NCBI GenBank assembly: GCA_964401325.1
Contig: CAYNYM010000001.1
Coordinates: 1 to 26,971 of the forward strand
DNA length: 26,971 bases
From: an uncultured Desulfobacteraceae bacterium
GTDB lineage: Bacteria > Desulfobacterota > DSM-4660 > Desulfatiglandales > HGW-15
Direction of reading: 5' to 3'
The position numbers and the translations under genes were made by a program. The notes beneath the pieces were generated by a model, which was given only the letters and a program-made list of their open reading frames with translations, ran no database searches and was not told the DNA's origin. This document shows positions 1-7,842 of this stretch, in pieces (position 1 is the stretch's first letter; every line of letters begins with the position of its first letter).

Positions 1-56
1 AAAGGACTCGAGTAATAGCCGCCATAAGGTATATATGCTTTTGTAAAAGTGTTCAT
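1..56 (-). CDS. Thiolase-family protein, N-terminal 18 codons only (runs off the left edge of the window)
   Basis: Not in the ORF track. Reverse complement reads AGGAG-N8-ATG AAC ACT TTT ACA AAA GCA TAT ATA CCT TAT GGC GGC TAT TAC TCG AGT CCT = MNTFTKAYIPYGGYYSSP. This resembles the FTKAYIPYxGYYSxPF start I recall from thiolase-family proteins of deltaproteobacteria. Strong RBS at 66-70. Confidence 0.65.
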   Translation of the reverse strand, partial: MNTFTKAYIPYGGYYSSP

Positions 57-273
57 AAAAAATGTCTCCTGTTAGTGATAAAAATTTCAGTAATTTCCGC
101 TTAGATTCTTGCACATAATCGCTGTTGTTCCTGTTCTTTGGAAACTTGAGGATCTGGAGCTGCCTCCGAGATGCGGAGCTCGTTTTGAGTTTTAATCCGC
201 AGTTCCCGCGAAAAATTTCCATTTATTTTGAAGAGAAAAATTCGTCTTTCTTCATTTTCTTGTCGTTTTTTAA

Positions 274-290
274 TGCATGCAAAGCATGCA
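274..290. promoter_or_regulatory. Perfect 7-3-7 inverted repeat TGCATGC-AAA-GCATGCA, candidate operator upstream of the thiolase gene
   Basis: Perfect palindrome flanked by T/A tracts in an AT-rich intergenic region about 220 bp upstream of the thiolase ATG. The regulator is unknown. Confidence 0.3.
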
Positions 291-375
291 AAAAATTAAT
301 CGGCCACTGCTGTAAAAATTTATGTTAATTCCAATGGGTGACTTATTAGAGCCAGCTATTGTACAGAATGAACAT

Positions 376-627
376 AAGGAAAGGTTTAGGTCTCAATTAA
401 AAAACAGCCTACAATTGCTATTTATGTTTTGGAGTGAAATTCATTTCGCACATTTAGTTGTCGGAGCAATAATGCGACGAAATTTACATCGCCACCCTTC
501 GTGCAATCCCGCGATTTTTTCCAAAAGCTACCCGTTAACAAACCCGAGAATACCGCATCCTCTTGGTTGCCACGCTTAGGTATTGGCACATTGCACCTTC
601 ACTCTTAAGCCAATATCGCAGCTAAGC
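376..627 (-). other. Structured non-coding element, copy A (possible miniature repeat element or ncRNA)
   Basis: About 90% identical to 2076-2327. Substitutions show no codon-position bias (10/7/8 by position mod 3). Stems: GCTTAG 574-579 with CTAAGC 622-627, TATTGGC 581-587 with GCCAATA 609-615, and a hairpin at 541-568. The right boundary is uncertain. Confidence 0.4.
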
Positions 628-723
628 AGGGATTCCTTTGTCCAGAGGATTTGCGGCATCCTCGACTGAATTTATGATGCTCTGGAGGAAAGATATTTTC
701 TATCTTCCCTTTTGAAAATGCAC

Positions 724-1791
724 TTATTTGGCCAGAACAAACGGTTCCACTCCATAATCATTTTTCAAAGTATTCCAATATGTTTCTGCTGCTTTTCTAG
801 CCTGAAAACCTAACCCCTCATACTTCTTGACATATTCGTCAAGCTTCGGAGCGGAACACTGTTTCATTAAATTCTTTTCTTCATTCGTCAAATTATATAC
901 TTTGATATGATAATTTTCTAAGCTCCTCTTGTCGATTGTATCCATGTTTTTCCCGGCCATGAGGGCGTATTTTCTACCATTTTTTTCCAAAATGTCCTTC
1001 GCTTCATCAGGGAGTTTTTTCCACGATGATTTATTCATCATTACACACATCGCCATACCGGGACCGTTAGCTAGTGTAATTTCATTACAAATGTGGTGTA
1101 GTGAAAAGACCTCCATAACGTTAATGCAAGTAAAGGTTGCATCAATCACACCCCTCTCCAATGCGGTGTAAACCTCAGGCATGGGGATGGCGACGGGTAT
1201 TGCACCTAGGGCCTTCATTAAATTCGCGGCTCCTGTTGTAGCGACTCTTATTTTTTTCCCTTTCAACTCTTTAAGGCTTTTTGCAGCTTTTGCAGCTTTA
1301 CTCCAGATAAAATGACTTGGCGATGTGCTCCACATATAAAGTAGTTTAACCTTGTCAAATTCTTTATCCAAACACCCGGCTTTCATCACAGACATGAGCC
1401 CCTGGCTTAATGCTTCCCCTGAGGGACCATGAGCAAAACTGGTCAAATCCGAAAGCGGGAACCGACCCGGGGTAAAACCGATATTTAAATATGAAAAATC
1501 GGCTGTCCCTGTAAGCGCAAGTTCATAGTGCTCCTTTGCTTTCCCAAGGGCTTGGGCATGGTACATCTGAACGGTTACTTTGCCTTCCGTTGCTTCTTCT
1601 ATATCCTTGATCATCTCCTTCCAGGTGGGTACGGCCGAACCCTTTTCACTGTCCCAGCTTGAGAGGGTGAATGTTTTTACTTTATCTGCACACAAAGCAA
1701 CGGAACAAACGGAAAAAAAACCAATAAGACACATTACAATCATTATTGCGACGAACTTGTTGTTTCCTTTTAGGATATTCCTTGTTGTCAT
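724..1791 (-). CDS. dctP: TRAP transporter periplasmic solute-binding protein (DctP family), copy 1
   Basis: 355 aa with an N-terminal signal peptide. DctP motifs: IEEATEGKVTVQMYHAQALG, LKGKKIRV (conserved Arg), LGAIPVAIPMPEVYTALERGVIDA. Confidence 0.92.
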   Translation of the reverse strand: MTTRNILKGNNKFVAIMIVMCLIGFFSVCSVALCADKVKTFTLSSWDSEKGSAVPTWKEMIKDIEEATEGKVTVQMYHAQALGKAKEHYELALTGTADFSYLNIGFTPGRFPLSDLTSFAHGPSGEALSQGLMSVMKAGCLDKEFDKVKLLYMWSTSPSHFIWSKAAKAAKSLKELKGKKIRVATTGAANLMKALGAIPVAIPMPEVYTALERGVIDATFTCINVMEVFSLHHICNEITLANGPGMAMCVMMNKSSWKKLPDEAKDILEKNGRKYALMAGKNMDTIDKRSLENYHIKVYNLTNEEKNLMKQCSAPKLDEYVKKYEGLGFQARKAAETYWNTLKNDYGVEPFVLAK

Positions 1792-1980
1792 TATTCTCTC
1801 TCCGTTTTTTTATCGCTCAGCCAATACAGGAGCGAAAGGTAAAATTTGAAGAAATATTACAAATTCACTGTCGCTGTTGATCCCCCATATGCCATACCTA
1901 AACGATCGTCATCACCCCCTTCCGCTGGTTGCAGACCAGAAGCGTCGCGTGTTTCAGTTCGGTACCATACACATCGTTTG

Positions 1981-2075
1981 TCAGTTTGAAAGCTCTTTCA
2001 TTAGCAAGCTGACATCTTCCAGATTTTGAAGGTTTTCTATCATTTCCTTGACTTTTTCTGTAGCCCCCTTTCTTA
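1981..2075 (-). pseudogene. Duplicated 3'-terminal fragment (about 31 codons) of the MmgE/PrpD gene
   Basis: Matches 3681-3775 with one substitution, including the TGA stop. It has no 5' part and is joined directly to element copy B. Confidence 0.9.
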
Positions 2076-2327
2076 AAGGAAAGGTTTAGTTCGCGACTAA
2101 AAAACCGTCTACAATTGCTATTTTTGTTTTGAAGTGAAATTCATTTCGCACATTTAGTTGCAGAAGCAATAATGCAGCGAAATTTACATCGCCACTCTTC
2201 GTGCAATCCCGCGATTTTTCCCAAAAACTACCCGTTAACAAACCCGAGGATACCTCGCCCTCTTGGTTCCTACGCTTAGGTATTGGCACATTGCACCGTC
2301 ACTCTTATGCCAATATCACAGCTAAGC
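2076..2327 (-). other. Structured non-coding element, copy B (diverged from copy A)
   Basis: 25 substitutions versus copy A, no indels. The arms of the 574-627 stem are unchanged. Its left end is exactly the duplication junction. Confidence 0.4.
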
Positions 2328-2423
2328 AGGGATTCCTTTGTCCAGAGGATTTGCGGCATCCTCGACTGAATTTATGATGCTCTGGAGGAAAGATATTTTC
2401 TATCTTCCCTTTTGAAAATGCAC

Positions 2424-3491
2424 TTATTTGGCCAGAACAAACGGTTCCACTCCATAATCATTTTTCAAAGTATTCCAATATGTTTCTGCTGCTTTTCTAG
2501 CCTGAAAACCTAACCCCTCATACTTCTTGACATATTCGTCAAGCTTCGGAGCGGAACACTGTTTCATTAAATTCTTTTCTTCATTCGTCAAATTATATAC
2601 TTTGATATGATAATTTTCTAAGCTCCTCTTGTCGATTGTATCCATGTTTTTCCCGGCCATGAGGGCGTATTTTCTACCATTTTTTTCCAAAATGTCCTTC
2701 GCTTCATCAGGGAGTTTTTTCCACGATGATTTATTCATCATTACACACATCGCCATACCGGGACCGTTAGCTAGTGTAATTTCATTACAAATGTGGTGTA
2801 GTGAAAAGACCTCCATAACGTTAATGCAAGTAAAGGTTGCATCAATCACACCCCTCTCCAATGCGGTGTAAACCTCAGGCATGGGGATGGCGACGGGTAT
2901 TGCACCTAGGGCCTTCATTAAATTCGCGGCTCCTGTTGTAGCGACTCTTATTTTTTTCCCTTTCAACTCTTTAAGGCTTTTTGCAGCTTTTGCAGCTTTA
3001 CTCCAGATAAAATGACTTGGCGATGTGCTCCACATATAAAGTAGTTTAACCTTGTCAAATTCTTTATCCAAACACCCGGCTTTCATCACAGACATGAGCC
3101 CCTGGCTTAATGCTTCCCCTGAGGGACCATGAGCAAAACTGGTCAAATCCGAAAGCGGGAACCGACCCGGGGTAAAACCGATATTTAAATATGAAAAATC
3201 GGCTGTCCCTGTAAGCGCAAGTTCATAGTGCTCCTTTGCTTTCCCAAGGGCTTGGGCATGGTACATCTGAACGGTTACTTTGCCTTCCGTTGCTTCTTCT
3301 ATATCCTTGATCATCTCCTTCCAGGTGGGTACGGCCGAACCCTTTTCACTGTCCCAGCTTGAGAGGGTGAATGTTTTTACTTTATCTGCACACAAAGCAA
3401 CGGAACAAACGGAAAAAAAACCAATAAGACACATTACAATCATTATTGCGACGAACTTGTTGTTTCCTTTTAGGATATTCCTTGTTGTCAT
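2424..3491 (-). CDS. dctP: TRAP transporter periplasmic solute-binding protein (DctP family), copy 2
   Basis: Translation identical to 724-1791. Confidence 0.92.
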   Translation of the reverse strand: MTTRNILKGNNKFVAIMIVMCLIGFFSVCSVALCADKVKTFTLSSWDSEKGSAVPTWKEMIKDIEEATEGKVTVQMYHAQALGKAKEHYELALTGTADFSYLNIGFTPGRFPLSDLTSFAHGPSGEALSQGLMSVMKAGCLDKEFDKVKLLYMWSTSPSHFIWSKAAKAAKSLKELKGKKIRVATTGAANLMKALGAIPVAIPMPEVYTALERGVIDATFTCINVMEVFSLHHICNEITLANGPGMAMCVMMNKSSWKKLPDEAKDILEKNGRKYALMAGKNMDTIDKRSLENYHIKVYNLTNEEKNLMKQCSAPKLDEYVKKYEGLGFQARKAAETYWNTLKNDYGVEPFVLAK

Positions 3492-3680
3492 TATTCTCTC
3501 TCCGTTTTTTTATCGCTCAGCCAATACAGGAGCGAAAGGTAAAATTTGAAGAAATATTACAAATTCACTGTCGCTGTTGATCCCCCATATGCCATACCTA
3601 AACGATCGTCATCACCCCCTTCCGCTGGTTGCAGACCAGAAGCGTCGCGTGTTTCAGTTCGGTACCATACACATCGTTTG

Positions 3681-5071
3681 TCAGTTTGAAAGCTCTTTCA
3701 TTAGCAAGCTGACATCTTCCAGATTTTGAAGGTTTTCTATCATTTCCTTGACTTTTTCTGTAGCCTCCTTTCTTAGTGGTTTTGCGGAAAATTCAATACA
3801 TTCATCAAATTTCTTCGCATAATCTGCCGCCACACCCGGATTTTTTGGGTGTCCTTTTACATATTCCACCGTCGTCATGTATCTCTGCTTGTTTTTCATT
3901 AGGATTTCCACATCCACCGGTGGAACGAGCTCTTCTAAGGTGTCTTTGCTGATATCTGCCTCAACACGAATTTTCTTCGCACATTTTAATACAGCATCTT
4001 CATTGATTCTTCTTTCTGAAAAGTCATCAATTTTCAGCTCTTTGCTTACAAGCGCTCGGGCCACCGTGTAGTAAAGACTGAATTGTGCATCATATGAACT
4101 CTTGGGATAAATTTTTTCAGGTGTAGCCAGGATGTTGGTGAAAAAGCTATTTGTTCGTATTACAATGTGATCAATGTCATCGGTATTTAGATGATGCCGA
4201 GCTACCAGTTGCATGGCCCCTTCAATTGCCGCATGATTACCCTGGCAGCACGAAAAAAACTTGGTGCTAATGTTCATTCCTTCAAAACTTTCTCCCAGAC
4301 CATTCAAAAGAACATTCGAGCTAAGATTTCCTCTCAGATAAAGCTCGTAAAACCCATATTTTCCCTCAAGGGGTTCTTTCGCCCCTGTAAGCCCTTCTTT
4401 GGCAAGGATAAGTGCCAAGGTGCCGGCCTGCGCTCCTAGCCCCTGCTGGAGAGTGACCGTGAAGGCCCCGTCGACGTTCGCCTGAGCGTTGCCCACGCAT
4501 TGAGCATAGCCGATCCCCATGGCATTCAGGGCTTTTGCTTTCGGAAAATTAAGCATCTTTGAGCCCATTAGCGCCACGGCGAGCGGAGTGAAGGCTTCTC
4601 CTACCCAGCCTATTTCAGGTCCGTCTTCTCTGCCCGCTTTTCGTAGTCTGATGGCCAGATCCGTACCCAATACAACGGATTTGATAAAATTTTTCCCGTC
4701 GATCGGGCGGTTATGGCGAGACTTGGCGTATTCAGCAATACAAAGTGCAGAAGGCACAATCTGCGCACTCGAATGCGTTCCCGCCTTTTCGTGAACATCG
4801 TCCATTTCTCGAGCCCTGGCCATCGTACAATTGGCAAGGGCAGCCAGGGGCGCTGGAACTTTGTCACCGTATACAGCAATCGTGCTTTCATTGCTCCCCC
4901 CCCAGGATTGAAGAATTCTCACGAGTTTTTGCATCCCAGGGTCGAGCTCCCGGCCACCATGATCCCCAAAGTATCCAGAATTCTATACTTCGTAATTTCA
5001 ATCAAATCATTGGTAAGGTCCTGGTAAGAAAGCTTTTCTGCATAGTCGATAATTTGGTCGGCAATCTTCAT
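3681..5071 (-). CDS. MmgE/PrpD-family protein, interrupted by an apparent 1-nt deletion at the T5 run 4926-4930
   Basis: The ORF track shows only 3681-4934. Upstream, GGAG-N8-ATG at 5071 gives MKIADQIIDYAEKLSYQDLTNDLIEITKYRILDTLGIMVAGSSTLGC, the typical PrpD-family N-terminus (ILDTLG..AG), which then stops. Adding one A (A5 to A6 on the minus strand) joins both parts into about 463 aa. Family motifs: CTMARAREMDDVH, KFFSCCQGNH, KGHPKNP. Confidence 0.85.
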
Positions 5072-5397
5072 ATCGTTTATCTCCGCCTATTGTCGCGAAA
5101 TTGCGAATTTCCCTTCTTGATCTCCGAATACCCACAACTCGTTTCAGGATATTTTTATCCTCGCCGACCGAAAGCCACAACCCATTAAAATTCCGACACT
5201 TCCAGAAATCCAAAAAAAAGTATCATTTCTGAATCTAAAACAACTTGGTGCAAAAAAACATGCCGGGGGTGCACTGGTTGTTCGGTCTGAGGCCCCTGAT
5301 CGTTTCGTGCTTTTGGGGTGGCGTTCCGGCCCGCGGAGGCCTGCATTCGCAGATTGAAGCCTCCATCAACGTAGAACTGGCGTATCTCCGGCAATGG

Positions 5398-7827
5398 CTA
5401 TGACCCTTCGGACAGAATGGATCGTTTGACCAGCGTTTTCACGATGTGTATTTTGTACTTGTTGCCGTCGAGCGGAATGGCGTTTTCAACGGCAATTTCA
5501 GCCGCCCTAGAGGCTGTCTCCTCCCCGGGCGCCTTGCCTTTTAAAAATTCCTCAACCTTTCTCAAAGTGACGGGAATGGGAGCCACGGCGCCCAGCACCA
5601 TTCTTGCATCCTTGAACTTTCCGGCATCCATTCTAAAAACCGTTGCCAGACTCGCTACGGCAAAATCGACAGAATGCCTGATTCTGAATTTCTCATAGGC
5701 CCCTTTAGTCCCATTTTCAGGAGCAGGCACCAGGATCTCTGTGAACACCTCATCGTAATCCAACCCAGTCGGATTGCCGTCTGTTGCCGAGAACAACTCC
5801 TCGGCCCGTATCGTCCGTTTGCTTGTCTTGATTCTTGCCCCCAAGGCAACCAGCACGGTGGCAATATCGGAAGCATTGACAGCCACGCAGCCGCAATTAA
5901 AGCAACGGATGGCTTCCGCCTCCACATTCCGCAATTCCAGGGTGGAGGTATCCTCCGTGTCTACGCCTCGCCCCTCAGGGGGGCGTTCAGGGATGGAGAT
6001 CGGGTCTATCTTTTTGAGGCACTCGCTGTTGAACCTCAAAAGCTCCCCCACACCCCCTTTCTCTTCGACTTCCATCGGTCCGTTTTCACTCCCGAAAAAT
6101 CGATCTATGGCCTCAGCGGCTCTTCTCCCTTCCGCCACGGCCTGAACCACGGTCGCGGACCCGCTTGTAAAATCGCCGCCTGCAAATACCCCCGGCAAAG
6201 CGGTCTGTTGCGAACCTTCTTCAACCAAGAGCGCATCGCCACCGATCATCTTCTCGGTTTCCGGGACGATATAGGAAAAGTCCGGCTTTTGTCCGATTGC
6301 AATGATGATTTGATCCGCCTCTACTGTCTGAGTTACGTTGTTCCCGAAAACAGGGGAAAAGGCCCCCTTTTTATCAAAAACAGAAGTACAGCGGATTAAC
6401 TCCATACCCTCCACCTTGCCATCGGTCACCAAAACCCTCGATGGTCCCCAGGAAGGCATCAGCTTGACACCCTCTTCGGTCGCCTTCTCAATCGCATAGG
6501 CAAGGACTGGCATCTCCTCCAGGGTTTCGAGGCAAGCGAGTGTCACTGTCTCCGCCCCGAGTCTTAACGCCGTGATACCCACGTCAATCGCAACATTGCC
6601 TCCCCCGATGACCAGGACTTTTTTAGCAGAACTTTTCTTAATGCCCCGTTTGACATTGATCAGGAAATCCAAGCCGGGCTCTGTAAAATCCTCGTTCTCA
6701 AGCCCAAGGGAGGGCAACACCCAGCTCCCCGTAGCAAGGAATACAGCATCAAATTCTTCTCTTAGCCTCTTCAAGGTAACATCAACGCCCACCTCGGTAT
6801 TGAGTCTGAACTCAATGCCCGCATCTTGAAACGCTTTTACAATACGATTAACATACTCGGCGGGAAGCCGAAAGGCGGGTATGGCGTGAGCGGGGATACC
6901 ACCCGGCGCATCCATTCGGTCCAAAACCACCACTTGGTGGCCCGATCTTCTAAGATAGAATGCGGCTGAAAGGCCACCGGGGCCGGAACCGATAACAGCT
7001 ACGCGCTTACCTGATTGGATATTAGGAGGAGTGATGAGTTCCTTGGCATTTTCAAGGATGTAGTCCCCCATAAAACGTTCTATCTCTCGAATGGATACCG
7101 CTGCATCCCAATCACCGCGATTACATTCCTCCTGGCAGAAATGAGGGCACACTCGGCCCGTAATCCCCGGGATCGGGTTCATCTGAAGAAGTATCTCAGC
7201 GGCCCCCTTCAGGTCCCCTTCCCTGATCTTGCTCATATAGGCAGGGATATCCACGGCCGCGGGACACTCTGATGTGCATGGGGTTTCGCACATCTTGACA
7301 GCCCCAAAAATAGAATGATACCGGTTATCGCCGAGCAGGGCACTACAACCCTTGCCTTCTCCCTTTGTGGAGTCATCATGTGTGACGTCGAAATCCCGGG
7401 TGTCTCTCTTTTTCATACAAAGAATGCGCCCGCCAATCTGGTGGGGGTATCGGTAATACCAGCATCGGACTTCCTGGCACAGGTTTCCCCCAATGGTGGC
7501 GAGGTTACGTATCTGAGGGCTTGCCACGGATTTGGCAGCATCGGCCAGAATTTCATACTTTTCCCGGACGATGGGAGATTCCGCTATTTGCGTCAGTCTG
7601 GCTAAGGCCCCGATTTTCAATCCATCCGAATCCTCCCGCACATAATCCAGGTCTGCAATGGTCTTCAGGTTAACAATGACTTCAGGGTAAACCGGGAGGA
7701 TCCTGTCCTTAAGGACACCGAGCAAATCCGTGCCACCGGCGTTCAGCCTCGCCTTACCTTGGTTATGCCTCAGAGATTCAACGGCTTTTTCGACTGTTTT
7801 CGCATTGACATGATTGAAAGATTTCAT
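5398..7827 (-). CDS. Xanthine-dehydrogenase-family FAD subunit (PaoB/HcrB-like) with an internal GltD-like Fe-S/FAD/NAD(P)H module
   Basis: 809 aa. N-terminal AGGTDL, ASPQIRNLATIGGNLCQEVRCWYYR; GltD-like PCTSECP and GRVCPHFCQEECNR; Rossmann motifs VIGSGPGG and VIGGGNVAID; GVFAGGD; then RCFNCGCVAVNASDIA and a C-terminal CO-dehydrogenase-flavoprotein-type domain (YEKFRIRHSVDFA, LGAVAPIP, NKYKI). Confidence 0.9.
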   Translation of the reverse strand: MKSFNHVNAKTVEKAVESLRHNQGKARLNAGGTDLLGVLKDRILPVYPEVIVNLKTIADLDYVREDSDGLKIGALARLTQIAESPIVREKYEILADAAKSVASPQIRNLATIGGNLCQEVRCWYYRYPHQIGGRILCMKKRDTRDFDVTHDDSTKGEGKGCSALLGDNRYHSIFGAVKMCETPCTSECPAAVDIPAYMSKIREGDLKGAAEILLQMNPIPGITGRVCPHFCQEECNRGDWDAAVSIREIERFMGDYILENAKELITPPNIQSGKRVAVIGSGPGGLSAAFYLRRSGHQVVVLDRMDAPGGIPAHAIPAFRLPAEYVNRIVKAFQDAGIEFRLNTEVGVDVTLKRLREEFDAVFLATGSWVLPSLGLENEDFTEPGLDFLINVKRGIKKSSAKKVLVIGGGNVAIDVGITALRLGAETVTLACLETLEEMPVLAYAIEKATEEGVKLMPSWGPSRVLVTDGKVEGMELIRCTSVFDKKGAFSPVFGNNVTQTVEADQIIIAIGQKPDFSYIVPETEKMIGGDALLVEEGSQQTALPGVFAGGDFTSGSATVVQAVAEGRRAAEAIDRFFGSENGPMEVEEKGGVGELLRFNSECLKKIDPISIPERPPEGRGVDTEDTSTLELRNVEAEAIRCFNCGCVAVNASDIATVLVALGARIKTSKRTIRAEELFSATDGNPTGLDYDEVFTEILVPAPENGTKGAYEKFRIRHSVDFAVASLATVFRMDAGKFKDARMVLGAVAPIPVTLRKVEEFLKGKAPGEETASRAAEIAVENAIPLDGNKYKIHIVKTLVKRSILSEGS

Positions 7828-7842
7828 TTTGTATACCTTTCT

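Larger units (their letters stand above)
376..2075. repeat. Tandem direct repeat unit 1 (1700 bp)
   Basis: Aligns to 2076-3775 at a constant offset of 1700 with no indels. 619-2075 appears identical to 2319-3775 by eye except C2066/T3766. 376-618 vs 2076-2318 differ at 25 positions (manual count). Confidence 0.97.
2076..3775. repeat. Tandem direct repeat unit 2 (1700 bp)
   Basis: See unit 1. Similarity ends sharply at 3775 (TCTTA|GTGGT vs TCTTA|AAGGA at 2075), and the intact prpD-like gene continues beyond it. Confidence 0.97.

Noticed and set aside
322-579. 85-aa plus-strand ORF, and the 67-aa minus-strand ORF 2086-2289, in the repeat element
   Set aside because: The equivalent frames in the other copy are broken or shortened by stops, and substitutions show no third-position bias, so the region is treated as non-coding.
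376-2318. Diversity-generating retroelement TR/VR pair
   Set aside because: The 25 mismatches involve all bases and are not adenine-specific on either strand. They do not lie in a CDS 3' end, and no reverse transcriptase is in the window.
5238-5256. Sigma-54 promoter upstream of the prpD-like gene (CCGGCATGTTTTTTTGCA on the minus strand)
   Set aside because: GG-to-GC spacing is 11 nt rather than the required 10. It would fit only if the T7 run were overcalled, so it is not supportable as given.
5185-5400. Pyrrolysine/amber readthrough: the frame stays open for about 70 codons after the TAG of the FAD subunit
   Set aside because: The protein already ends where CoxM/PaoB-type subunits end (YKIHIVKTLVKRSIL), and the extension has no recognisable features.
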